IMG/VR virus record: IMGVR_UViG_3300032373_000094
Span: 1-27,034 of that record
DNA: 27,034 bases
Direction: 5' to 3' (one strand)
Origin: a virus
Taxonomy: Duplodnaviria; Caudoviricetes
Below, piece by piece: positions 15,025-23,647 of this stretch (the stretch's first letter is position 1; each line of letters starts with the position of its first letter). The notes under the pieces were generated by a model that was not told the DNA's origin, made no database searches, and was given only the letters and a program-made list of their open reading frames with translations. Both the position numbers and the translations under genes were made by a program.

Positions 15025-15929
15025 GCGGCACGGTCAACATATCCCGAGGCATTTGGGATGACAAAGCGTTCAAGCCTGAACCGCTTACCGAGCGCGAAGC
15101 GTGGGTATGGATGGTCATGGATGCGTCCTATAAGGCGCGCACCAAGGAAGTGAACGGGGCGTGGGTTGATTTGGAGCGCGGGCAGCTATCATGTTCCGTC
15201 CGGTTCATGTGCAAAGCGTGGAAATGGTCAAAATCCAAAGTAGACAGGTTTTTGAAAAGGCTCGAAAATCGGGACATGATTGGGACAGATAGCGGGACAG
15301 GCATAAACGTCATAACCATTTGTAAGTATGACGAATATCAGAGCAAGTCAAAAGACAGCGGGACAGCTAAATCTGAAAAGCGGGACAGCGGTGGGACAGC
15401 GGTGGGACAGCGGTGGGACAAACCTAATAAGGATGAAAGAAAGGTGAAAGAAGGATGTAAGACTTCTCTATCGGTCAAACAGATCGAAACTGAGTTTGAT
15501 GCCTTCTGGTTTCTTTGCCCTCGCAAGGTCGCAAAGGGGAAGGCCCGCACGGCTTACGCGAAAGCGATCAAGAAGGTCGATCCTCACATCATTGCAGATG
15601 GCATGGCCCGACACGCGGATGCGGTTGATGGCAAGCAGCAAAAGTTTATTCCGCATCCAGCAACATGGCTCAACGATGAAAGATGGGCCGACGAAATCGA
15701 ACCGATGAAGGGAAGACCAGATGGCAACGGAACTAACCAATCGACCCCAAGCGGATCACATGACAGCCTCCTTGCGGGCTTCGCTCAGTTTGCGGGTTCA
15801 GACCCAGGTGGATGTAGCGACGGTGAGGCAGGCGATACGGGAGGCGACGGTTCCGGCGGGGCGGGCGTGGATATCGGGCAGGGTGGCAACAATGCTGGCG
15901 CAATACTTCGTATCGTCGATGCCAGATAA
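15021..15929 (+). CDS. Phage replication initiator (lambda O-like architecture)
   Basis: N-terminal wHTH (LERGQL..S.R.....WKWSKSKV.RFL..LE), internal iterons, C-terminal FDAFW..CPRKV.K..A...FIPHPATWLN.ERW.DE. Confidence 0.8.
   Translation: MSGTVNISRGIWDDKAFKPEPLTEREAWVWMVMDASYKARTKEVNGAWVDLERGQLSCSVRFMCKAWKWSKSKVDRFLKRLENRDMIGTDSGTGINVITICKYDEYQSKSKDSGTAKSEKRDSGGTAVGQRWDKPNKDERKVKEGCKTSLSVKQIETEFDAFWFLCPRKVAKGKARTAYAKAIKKVDPHIIADGMARHADAVDGKQQKFIPHPATWLNDERWADEIEPMKGRPDGNGTNQSTPSGSHDSLLAGFAQFAGSDPGGCSDGEAGDTGGDGSGGAGVDIGQGGNNAGAILRIVDAR
15271..15420 (+). repeat. Iteron array, probable replication origin
   Basis: GGGACA at 15271, 15282, 15294, 15360, 15382, 15393, 15404, 15415; 3.5 perfect tandem copies of GGGACAGCGGT; purine/A-rich tract follows. 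Confidence 0.8.
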
Positions 15930-16272
15930 CGTCATGGCCGCCATTGCAGCGGATTGGCATGACGCGCTTGGTGAGTTCCCAGCATGGGCAATCAGTGCGG
16001 CTTGCCGCTGGTGGATGGGTGCTGGAAATATCGACCGACGCCGCAAGCCGATGCCTGGTGACATAGAAGCGCGCTGCAATGAAGAAATGTGGCTTGTAAA
16101 CGCAGCCCAGAGGCGTGTTGATGGATATGGCCGCCCTCAGCCGGTTCTCCGGGCGGTTGAGCCGCGTGATGAAATCGCGCCTGAACGCCGCGCTGAAATG
16201 GCAGATGAGATTGCGGCGGTTGCCGAGTTGATGCGCAAGAAATGCGTTTCGGACAGGGGGCCGCGCCAATGA
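15721..16272 (+). CDS. Putative replication accessory / helicase loader (P position)
   Basis: DW.DAL.EFPAWAI..AC..W......P.PGDI motif; AAGGGA RBS; follows the initiator. Confidence 0.6.
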   Translation: MATELTNRPQADHMTASLRASLSLRVQTQVDVATVRQAIREATVPAGRAWISGRVATMLAQYFVSSMPDNVMAAIAADWHDALGEFPAWAISAACRWWMGAGNIDRRRKPMPGDIEARCNEEMWLVNAAQRRVDGYGRPQPVLRAVEPRDEIAPERRAEMADEIAAVAELMRKKCVSDRGPRQ

Positions 16273-16517
16273 CCGACACAGCCAAGGACATCATCGCCCA
16301 AACGGCAGACCGATACGGCACTAAGCCGTCCGTCATACTAGGCCGCAACAGCGCGCGCGTTGCATCGGTTCCACGACAGGCCGCAATGGCCGCAGTTCAA
16401 CGTGACCTTGGCTATTCGCTTCCGCGTATCGGGCGGATTTTCAAACGGCATCACACCACAGTTTTACATGGCATTCGCGCCCATAAAGCGCGCAAAGCAC
16501 AGGAGACCACGACATGA
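16269..16517 (+). CDS. Stand-alone DnaA C-terminal (domain IV) HTH protein
   Basis: PRQAAM......GYSLPRIGRIFKRHHTTVLHGIR. Confidence 0.85.
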   Translation: MTDTAKDIIAQTADRYGTKPSVILGRNSARVASVPRQAAMAAVQRDLGYSLPRIGRIFKRHHTTVLHGIRAHKARKAQETTT

Positions 16518-17008
16518 CATTGAATATCGAAACAGGAAAGTTCTACCGCGACGCAGAGGGCAATAAGGTCGGGCCTATGACCAGGGGGATTAGTTTTTCG
16601 TGGGTTGAAGGTGAGGACAATGGTTCAGACCCAGACTGGCACCACGACGGAACGATCCGTGATCGTGGTGTTGCAAGGTTAACCCGCGATCTCATCGCAG
16701 AATGGCCATACCACCCAACGCTATGGCGCGATATGACAGAGGCAGAGCAAGGCGCGCTATTGCTGGCGCATCACCAAGGGAAGGTGATTGAATACCGCAT
16801 CCCTACATACGAAAGCGACTGGACGGTGAATACATCACCATTATGGGCCTTGGATTTCGCTTACCGCGTTAGGCCGGAGCCAGAGGTTAAGGTGTTTGCC
16901 GTTCATAGCAGGCCGAAAGAGCCATTTGTGAGATTCAGCGCCCCGGGGATCATCCTCGGCACCTACGCCCACCCAGACGGACACACAATTATCGTGGAGG
17001 AACAGTGA
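16514..17008 (+). CDS. Hypothetical protein
   Basis: AGGAG RBS; ATGA overlap. Confidence 0.65.
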   Translation: MTLNIETGKFYRDAEGNKVGPMTRGISFSWVEGEDNGSDPDWHHDGTIRDRGVARLTRDLIAEWPYHPTLWRDMTEAEQGALLLAHHQGKVIEYRIPTYESDWTVNTSPLWALDFAYRVRPEPEVKVFAVHSRPKEPFVRFSAPGIILGTYAHPDGHTIIVEEQ

Positions 17009-17154
17009 TGGACAGGAAAGCAGAAATTGAACGGGCAATCCGTAACTATTTTAGCGACACCAGTTTGTCGGCGAATGATGCAAAAGAAGGTTTGGAGGAA
17101 ATCTCAGAATTAGCGCAAGAATTGGCTGATGCCATTGATGTAGAGGAAACCTGA
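17008..17154 (+). CDS. Small acidic protein (48 aa)
   Basis: Hand translation MDRKAEIERAIRNYFSDTSLSANDAKEGLEEISELAQELADAIDVEET; GGAGG RBS; TGATG couplings. Confidence 0.6.
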   Translation: MDRKAEIERAIRNYFSDTSLSANDAKEGLEEISELAQELADAIDVEET

Positions 17155-17540
17155 TGCAGATTTTGACACTCGCGGGGACAGTCGGCAAGGATGCCGATCT
17201 GCGGCAAACACAAGGCGGCGATGCAGTTTTGAATTTCAGCCTCGCAATCGACAACGGTAAGGATAGCGACGGTAACAAGCGCGCCGCGACGTGGTTTGAT
17301 TGCAGCCTATGGGGCAAGCGCGCCAATGCTCTACAGCCCTACATCCACAAGGGCGACAAGCTGACCGTGACCGGACGCCCCACGGCCCGAACGCATAATG
17401 ATAAGGTTTACATGGGCTGCAACGTAAATGACCTGACGTTCCAGGGCAGCGCAAACCGTGACGGCAACCGTGACACCGGTTCTCAGCAATCCAGCGGCGG
17501 ATATGGCGGCGGGGATATGGATGACGATTTGCCATTTTAA
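17154..17540 (+). CDS. ssb: Single-stranded DNA-binding protein
   Basis: OB-fold motifs, Gly-rich linker and DMDDDLPF acidic tip. Confidence 0.95.
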   Translation: MQILTLAGTVGKDADLRQTQGGDAVLNFSLAIDNGKDSDGNKRAATWFDCSLWGKRANALQPYIHKGDKLTVTGRPTARTHNDKVYMGCNVNDLTFQGSANRDGNRDTGSQQSSGGYGGGDMDDDLPF

Positions 17541-17543
17541 CCG

Positions 17544-17595
17544 TTGACAACGCGGGCCAGCGGTCCTATATTAAGCGCATAGGGCAATGAAGCCC
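17544..17595 (+). promoter_or_regulatory. Near-consensus sigma70 promoter with operator-like spacer and leader hairpin
   Basis: TTGACA-N17-TATATT; GGGCC-AGC-GGTCC in the spacer; GGGC-AATGAA-GCCC at 17582-17595. Confidence 0.75.
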
Positions 17596-17611
17596 GCTGA
17601 AAGGAAACGAG

Positions 17612-17878
17612 ATGACCGCAACACACAAAATCTTCATCATCGAAACCCCGCTTTCGGACGGGTCGCCGGTTTTCGCAGTTGGGGTTTTCGACACCGACCA
17701 AGACGGTCGCGGAGTTACTTTTGACGCAATCGACTACCGCCATGCTCTCGCGATGGCGAACGCGATCAAGATGACCGCTGACGCGAATACGTTGTCGTGT
17801 GTTGAAATTATTGACCGCAGCCTTATCGGCCCACGCTTCGCAAATTTCATAAGCGTGGCAGAGGAAAGCGCCCTGTGA
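17612..17878 (+). CDS. Hypothetical protein (88 aa)
   Basis: AAGGA RBS, own promoter. Confidence 0.65.
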   Translation: MTATHKIFIIETPLSDGSPVFAVGVFDTDQDGRGVTFDAIDYRHALAMANAIKMTADANTLSCVEIIDRSLIGPRFANFISVAEESAL

Positions 17879-18054
17879 TAACCCCCGTCGAATTCAAAGC
17901 AACCCGCGAAGCCCTGTGCCTTAGCCAGAACGATTTGGCTGAGGTGTGGGGCATGGGTGTGCATGGCGGTCGCACAATCAGGCGGTGGGAAAGCGGCGAA
18001 CGCCCTATGAACCCGGTCGCGGCATACTGCATCCAATTGATGAATGATGAATAG
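17875..18054 (+). CDS. XRE-family HTH protein (59 aa)
   Basis: Hand translation VITPVEFKATREALCLSQNDLAEVWGMG...RTIRRWESGERP; GAGG RBS; GTGA overlap. Confidence 0.8.
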   Translation: MITPVEFKATREALCLSQNDLAEVWGMGVHGGRTIRRWESGERPMNPVAAYCIQLMNDE

Positions 18055-18066
18055 GAGGGCATAGCG

Positions 18067-18273
18067 ATGGAATGGAACCCGATATCCACAGCGCCGAGGG
18101 ACGGGACGAACATCTTGATATATTATCGCGCCGACGGCATCATATATGATGCCACGTTCGACGCTGATAATTATTCAGAATGGGTGTCATCAGACTACGA
18201 AATCACAAACTTCATGCAGTCTGACATTACCCATTGGATGCCGCTTCCATATCCACCGGAGGCCACACCATGA
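18067..18273 (+). CDS. DUF551-like phage protein
   Basis: W.PISTAPRDGT and THWMPLP.PP signatures. Confidence 0.75.
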   Translation: MEWNPISTAPRDGTNILIYYRADGIIYDATFDADNYSEWVSSDYEITNFMQSDITHWMPLPYPPEATP

Positions 18274-18569
18274 CAACCACAGGGATGCCAACAGAAGCCC
18301 GGCTATTCGCAAAGATGAGCCGCGATGCGTGGGAAATCAAAAAACGCAGCAACGACATCGCCAAGGTTGAGCGTGAAAACATGCGCATCAATTCAGAGTA
18401 TGTTCTAAGCATCCTCACGGCAGATTGGCGCAGCACTTACGAGATAGCAAACCGGGTAGGGTCAACGCGCCGCGACGTTCTCATTCGGCTTTACCTTCTT
18501 GCTGACATGGGACTTGCCGAGCGCAGGAAGCGCAATGGCAGCAAAGCAATGGAATGGAGGAAGAAATGA
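18270..18569 (+). CDS. Winged-helix-like hypothetical protein
   Basis: STYEIANRVG.TRRDV..RL..L.DMGLAERR......WR. Confidence 0.6.
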   Translation: MTTTGMPTEARLFAKMSRDAWEIKKRSNDIAKVERENMRINSEYVLSILTADWRSTYEIANRVGSTRRDVLIRLYLLADMGLAERRKRNGSKAMEWRKK

Positions 18570-18742
18570 CAGAGCCAATGGCCCGCGCAATAGCGCAAGG
18601 CGCAGAGATCAACAGGCTTCTAAGCGAGGTGGAGCGATTGCAGAGCGTCATTCGCGGGCTGGAAAAGGGTATGACAGCGAAGAACCTGGAACTACGCAAA
18701 TATCGGATAGCGGCAAGGAATAGCAACGCGAGGGCAGAATGA
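18566..18742 (+). CDS. Small coiled-coil protein
   Basis: GGAGG RBS; ATGA overlap. Confidence 0.55.
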   Translation: MTEPMARAIAQGAEINRLLSEVERLQSVIRGLEKGMTAKNLELRKYRIAARNSNARAE

Positions 18743-18790
18743 CAAAACACAGGCCGCGCGACAAAAAAACCCAGAATTGAGGTTGGTGCG

Positions 18791-19006
18791 ATGATTCTTG
18801 ATATAAGCTATTCCAAACGGCCAAAGATGGCTTTGCACCAGAATTACGCCGAGGTGACTGAAATGGCAGAGCGGTGCTTAAGCCCACGTAAGGCGCGCGA
18901 TTACGCCTTTTGGCTTTATAGGGCAGGCCAGGCATATTCGCTCTCGGATGGAAGCGAATATGTAAGGACAAACGAAAGAGCCGCTAGGCGATTAATCTGG
19001 TGCTAA
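18791..19006 (+). CDS. Hypothetical protein
   Basis: 71-aa ORF on the operon strand with GAGG upstream. Confidence 0.4.
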   Translation: MILDISYSKRPKMALHQNYAEVTEMAERCLSPRKARDYAFWLYRAGQAYSLSDGSEYVRTNERAARRLIWC

Positions 19007-19038
19007 CAAGGCTTAACAACAGAAAAAAGGGCAGTGAC

Positions 19039-19641
19039 TTGGGAAAAGGTGACAGGAAGTGGAAGCCCAGCAAGGCGGGCAAGAGAACGCCATCTGGGCA
19101 GCTATCGCGGGCAAAGGATGCGGTCGAGGATCGCCGTAATGAAAGCGCGCGGGTATCATTCGAGGAAGGGCCAACGCAGACCGTCCTGCGCGCCCGCAGG
19201 CGGCAGCGCAACGGGGTCAAGACAATCGCTAAGGACAAGACACCAGTAACAAAGGCACAGGCCCAGGATATGCGATTGTTCGAGCGGGGCAGCATTCTCG
19301 GCAACTGGCTGGCTGACGGTAAGCTGACACGTGAACAGGTGCAGGCGGGCGAGGATTATTGCGCGCGCTACATCACCTTTGCATCATTGAACGGACTGCC
19401 ACGGCCCACGGCCAAGATAGCCAACTACAGCGACAGCCAAGGCGGGCAGCCAACACGTCCAGAGCGCCTGCAAGCCGCGATAGCAGCGAAGTCCGCACAC
19501 ATGGAGGATCAGCGCCTTCTGCGGCACTGTTCACCGCATAACGTGGCGTGGGCGATCCGCCGGGCCTGCGTAACAGATGAGGCGGCACCGCTGGATCTGG
19601 TAAAGGTCGGGCTGGCCGCACTCATGGCCCGCACACGCTAA
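19039..19641 (+). CDS. Putative late-gene regulator (Q-position protein)
   Basis: Basic protein, last early gene, directly before a promoter-terminator pair; start uncertain (GTG 19000 or TTG 19039). Function inferred from position only. Confidence 0.5.
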   Translation: MGKGDRKWKPSKAGKRTPSGQLSRAKDAVEDRRNESARVSFEEGPTQTVLRARRRQRNGVKTIAKDKTPVTKAQAQDMRLFERGSILGNWLADGKLTREQVQAGEDYCARYITFASLNGLPRPTAKIANYSDSQGGQPTRPERLQAAIAAKSAHMEDQRLLRHCSPHNVAWAIRRACVTDEAAPLDLVKVGLAALMARTR

Positions 19642-19644
19642 TGC

Positions 19645-19675
19645 TTGACAGTGAATAATATTTGCGCATTATACC
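19645..19675 (+). promoter_or_regulatory. Putative late promoter
   Basis: Perfect TTGACA with CATTATA 16-17 nt downstream. Confidence 0.6.
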
Positions 19676-19695
19676 ACATAATCGCAGAGCGAGAT

Positions 19696-19724
19696 GCGCC
19701 CGGTCGAAAGGCTCGGGCGTTTTT
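19696..19724 (+). terminator. Intrinsic terminator after the late promoter
   Basis: GCGCCCG-GTC-GAAA-GGC-T-CGGGCGT followed by TTTT. Confidence 0.6.
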
Positions 19725-19744
19725 GATTCAAGGGGCATATTCGG

Positions 19745-19819
19745 TTCGGTATAGATCAGTAGCAGAGCGGCGGTTTCCAAGTCCGCGCGTCCGGGGTTCG
19801 ATTCCTCGCACCGTTGCCA
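19745..19819 (+). tRNA. Degenerate tRNA-Trp(CCA), possible pseudo-tRNA
   Basis: 75-nt cloverleaf spacing; T arm CGGGG-TTCGATT-CCTCG; anticodon loop TT-CCA-AG; encoded 3' CCA; mismatches in the acceptor, D and anticodon stems. Confidence 0.7.
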
Positions 19820-19903
19820 AGCAATAAATGCCAGTGATTGGCACATTAATCACCATCCCAAGCAATAAAGGAGCCTGCCCGGTAACGCGGCGGGTAGTTT
19901 CGT

Positions 19904-20371
19904 ATGAAGTTCAGCCAGGACGTATTCGACGCGATATGTAATGAGATCGCATCGGGCAGAAGCCTTCGGAGCATATGCAAAGACGAAGGGATGCCACATC
20001 GCGGCGCAGTCCAGAAATGGTTGCGTGAAGATGAAGCATTGCAAATCCAGTACGCGCGCGCGAGAGAGGATCAAGCCGACACGATCTTTGACGAATGCCT
20101 GTCGATTGCGGACCAATACGACAGCGATACTGATAACGGCGATGGCGGCGTTGACCACATTCAGCGCGCGCGGCTTCGGATCGACACGCGCAAATGGATG
20201 GCTGGCAAGATGCGGCCCAAGAAATACGGCGACAAGCTGGCCATCGGCGGTGATGATGAAATGGGCCCAATCAAAACAGAGGAAACGGGGCAAGCGGCTG
20301 CAAAGCTGGCAACCCTGTTGAGCGGCATTGCAGAGCGCAGCGGAACAACTGGCAATCCTGCCGGAGAATGA
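19904..20371 (+). CDS. terS: Terminase small subunit
   Basis: IC..IASG.SLRSIC...MP, YARAREDQAD, RARLRIDTRKWMAGKMRPKKYGD. Confidence 0.9.
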   Translation: MKFSQDVFDAICNEIASGRSLRSICKDEGMPHRGAVQKWLREDEALQIQYARAREDQADTIFDECLSIADQYDSDTDNGDGGVDHIQRARLRIDTRKWMAGKMRPKKYGDKLAIGGDDEMGPIKTEETGQAAAKLATLLSGIAERSGTTGNPAGE

Positions 20372-21668
20372 GCGCGCGCAGATCTTGGCGCAGTTCACTG
20401 AAAAAGAGGCCGATGCCCTTCTTTACGATTGGCGGGGGTTTTTGGCGAGGCCGGATCAAATCGCGCCTGATGGCGATTGGGACATTTGGCTATGTCTGGC
20501 CGGTCGCGGATGGGGCAAGACGGAAACCGGCGCGCAATGGGTGAGAGAGCAAGTTGCGGCTGGCGTAATGCGCATAGCTCTTGTGGCAGAAACCCAAAAA
20601 GACCTTGAAGAAGTCATGGTCAAGCGGCTGGTCGATATATATCCGCCAGGGCAAGCCCCTATCGTCCGATATAAGCCGGTAAGGGTGGTTTGGCCAAACG
20701 GCGCGGAGGCTTTGGGATATAACGGGACTCAACCTGACCAGCTTCGCGGCCCTGAGTTTGAGGCCGCATGGGTCGATGAATTAGCAAAGTATCGCCTTGC
20801 GCGCGAAACGTGGAACATGCTGCAATTTTGCATGAGGTATGGCGCACATCCACGCCAGCTTGTCACGACAACGCCGAGGGCAATTGAACTGGTCAAAGCG
20901 ATTATATCTGGGGGTGAGGGTAACGTGCATGTCACGCGCGGCAAAACCATGGACAATCGGGCCAATCTTGCGCCCAGATTCCTAAAGAAGGTAACAAAAA
21001 AATACGCAGGCACGCGATTGGGGCGGCAGGAGCTTGACGCAGAGATCCTTGGCGATCTGCCCGGTGCCCTTTGGCGGCAATCAACGCTTGACACGTATCG
21101 AGTCTCAGAGGCACCGGAAATCGGGCGCACCGTTATCGCCATCGACCCGGCGGTAACAAATACAGAGGACAGCGACGAGCACGGCATTTGCGTGGCTGGC
21201 ATTGGCCCGGACCAAACTGGGTATTTCCTAGAAGATGCCAGCATGAGCGGAAGCCCAAACGAATGGGCCGCCGCAGCGATTGCGAAGTCCAAGGAATACG
21301 GCGCTGATGGTGTTGTTGTCGAGGTAAACCAGGGCGGGGATATGGTGGCGCACGTGTTGCGAACCATCGCCCCAGCGCTAAATATTATCGAGGTCAGGGC
21401 GTCACGCGGCAAGCATGTCAGGGCAGAGCCGATTGCTTCGCTTTATGAGCAGGGCCGCATCCGGCACGTGGGGCAGTTCCCAGAGCTTGAGGGCCAAATG
21501 ACACAAATGACAACGCAAGGTTACGAAGGCGACGGCAGCCCAGACCGCGTTGATGCCATGGTTTGGGCCATGAGCGAACTATTTGCAGACATGATCGAAC
21601 CGCTACCGGATGCTTCTGTGCATCACCGGCGTCTCAATCGTGGGGGCGGGGGATGGCTAGGCGCATGA
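20328..21668 (+). CDS. terL: Terminase large subunit
   Basis: Walker A AGRGWGKT, Walker B AAWVDE, VTTTP, nuclease IAIDPA and SPDRVDA. Confidence 0.95.
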   Translation: MQSAAEQLAILPENERAQILAQFTEKEADALLYDWRGFLARPDQIAPDGDWDIWLCLAGRGWGKTETGAQWVREQVAAGVMRIALVAETQKDLEEVMVKRLVDIYPPGQAPIVRYKPVRVVWPNGAEALGYNGTQPDQLRGPEFEAAWVDELAKYRLARETWNMLQFCMRYGAHPRQLVTTTPRAIELVKAIISGGEGNVHVTRGKTMDNRANLAPRFLKKVTKKYAGTRLGRQELDAEILGDLPGALWRQSTLDTYRVSEAPEIGRTVIAIDPAVTNTEDSDEHGICVAGIGPDQTGYFLEDASMSGSPNEWAAAAIAKSKEYGADGVVVEVNQGGDMVAHVLRTIAPALNIIEVRASRGKHVRAEPIASLYEQGRIRHVGQFPELEGQMTQMTTQGYEGDGSPDRVDAMVWAMSELFADMIEPLPDASVHHRRLNRGGGGWLGA

Positions 21669-23635
21669 AAAACGACGAATTGATTAAGCTTGCCCGCACC
21701 AGGTTGTCCGACGCTTTGGACGCGGATAGAACAAACCGAGAGCTTGCCATCAATGATCTGGAGAACCTGGTAGGCGACGGCCAATGGCCGGATGACGTTC
21801 GCACGCAAAGGGAAGCTGATAGCCGCCCGTGCCTGACAATCAACCGCCTGCCGCAGTTTGTGCGCCAAGTGACCGGCGATATTCGCAAGATAAATCCGGC
21901 GATCAATGTCACGCCGGGCGATACAGGTGCCTCAAAGGAAGTCGCGGAAGTCATAGAGGGGCTTATCCGCCAGATCGAATACAGGTCTGACGCATCGTCG
22001 GTTTATGAAACAGCCGCCGAGGGTGCCGCGCAATGCGGCATGGGATATTGGCGCATCCGGGCCGATTGGGAATCGGATGACGGATTTGACCAAGAAGTCT
22101 TGGTTGAGCGCATCCATAACCCGTTTTCGGTTTACTTTGATCCAACGGCAAAAGACCCGACGCGCAAGGACGCCGAGTTTGTGTTCATCACCGAGGCGAT
22201 GGGCGAGGAAGATTTCGAGGACGCCTATCCCAATGCGGTGATGGTGGATGTTGAGTCCGATAGCGACGTGGACGGCATTGAGAATTGGCGCGACAAACAA
22301 TCTGTTATCGTGGCCGAATACATCTACCGCGATTATGACGATGTAGAAATCGGGCTTATGCAGGACGGCACCGTTGTCGAGGATCCAGCGCCGCCCATGA
22401 ATTTCGTCAGAACTCGCAAGGTTCAGCGCCAGAAAATCATGTGGTGCAAGGTCACTGGCAAAGAGGTGCTGGAAGGCCCGACTGCCCTGCCCGGCAAGCA
22501 TATCCCAGTTATCGCGGTTATGGGTGAGGAAATTTGCGTGGGCAAGGAAACCCGGCGCAGTTCGGTCATCCGCTATGCTAAAGACCCGCAACGGCTTTAT
22601 AACTACTGGCGATCTGCGCAGACTGAATTGGTAGCGCTGCAACCCAAGGCCCCGTATTTGGTGACGCCGAAACAGGTGCAGGGCTTCGAGAGTTTATGGC
22701 AGGCAGCGAACAACAGCAACGAGCCTTATCTGCCATATAACCCGGATGAAAAGGCCCAAGGTGCGCCACAGCGCGCGACGCCGCCGGTTGCCTCGTCTGG
22801 CATGATGCAGGAGGTGCTGACAGCCGCCGAGGACATGAAGGGCACGACCGGCATTTACGACGCCGGGCTTGGAAGCGCGGGCAACGAGAAATCAGGCATC
22901 GCGATTCAGCGCCGACAGGTCGAGAGCGATATTTCAACGTCGATTTATTCGGACAATATGGCAAAGGCCATTGCGCAAGGTGGCCGGGTTATCGTGTCGA
23001 TGATCCCCGATGTTTACGACACAAACCGGGTTATTCAGATTCTAGGCAAGGACAGCACGCCGCAGCAGGTCATGGTTAATGGCGTGCAAATGTCGCAAAA
23101 TGGCGTTGTCCCGGTTAATGACATAAGAATTGGCCGCTATGACGTGCGAGTTGCGGTTGGGCCGAATTACACCACCAAGCGGCAGGAAACTGCGGAGAGC
23201 ATGATTGACTTTGTGCGCGCGTTCCCGCCTGCCGCTGGCGTGACCGCCGATCTTGTCGCGCAGAACATGGATTGGCCCGGCGCGGACCAGTTTGCAGACA
23301 GGTTGAAGAAACTCTTGCCGCCCGGCGTTGCGGAAAGCGATGAACCGCCTTCGCCGCAAGAGCAGCAGGCTATGCAACAACAACAGGCAATGCAGCAGGC
23401 GCAAATGCAGATGCAGATGGCGCAAGAGCAAGCGAAAACGGAACAGGAAGTTGCGGGCGCGAAAGAAGCGCAGGCGGATGCCGAAAAAGCCCAGCTCGAT
23501 GTTGCGGAGAAATCTTTGGAATTGGCCATCAAGAACGGCCAGCTAGACGCGGCGATCCAACAGGCGGTCGCTCGTGCGCTTCATAGCGCGATGGGGCAGC
23601 AAGCCCCCCAACCGGTCCTAACGCGGACCTTCTAA
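21653..23635 (+). CDS. Portal protein, P22 gp1-like
   Basis: GDGQW...RPCLTINRL, KDPQRLYNYW, GRYDV.V.VGP.Y.T.RQ, Q-rich C-terminal barrel; start 21653 or 21665. Confidence 0.9.
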   Translation: MARRMKNDELIKLARTRLSDALDADRTNRELAINDLENLVGDGQWPDDVRTQREADSRPCLTINRLPQFVRQVTGDIRKINPAINVTPGDTGASKEVAEVIEGLIRQIEYRSDASSVYETAAEGAAQCGMGYWRIRADWESDDGFDQEVLVERIHNPFSVYFDPTAKDPTRKDAEFVFITEAMGEEDFEDAYPNAVMVDVESDSDVDGIENWRDKQSVIVAEYIYRDYDDVEIGLMQDGTVVEDPAPPMNFVRTRKVQRQKIMWCKVTGKEVLEGPTALPGKHIPVIAVMGEEICVGKETRRSSVIRYAKDPQRLYNYWRSAQTELVALQPKAPYLVTPKQVQGFESLWQAANNSNEPYLPYNPDEKAQGAPQRATPPVASSGMMQEVLTAAEDMKGTTGIYDAGLGSAGNEKSGIAIQRRQVESDISTSIYSDNMAKAIAQGGRVIVSMIPDVYDTNRVIQILGKDSTPQQVMVNGVQMSQNGVVPVNDIRIGRYDVRVAVGPNYTTKRQETAESMIDFVRAFPPAAGVTADLVAQNMDWPGADQFADRLKKLLPPGVAESDEPPSPQEQQAMQQQQAMQQAQMQMQMAQEQAKTEQEVAGAKEAQADAEKAQLDVAEKSLELAIKNGQLDAAIQQAVARALHSAMGQQAPQPVLTRTF

Positions 23636-23647
23636 ACAGGCGGAAAA

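Noticed and set aside
15382-15420. Tandem repeat as a CRISPR array
   Set aside because: 11-bp units with no spacers, inside the initiator gene; fits iterons.
19745-19819. tRNA as a prophage attachment site
   Set aside because: Full-length, single copy, flanked by phage genes on both sides, with no integrase nearby.
23360-23430. CAG/CAA-rich low-complexity tract
   Set aside because: Encodes the Gln-rich C-terminal region expected in P22-like portals.
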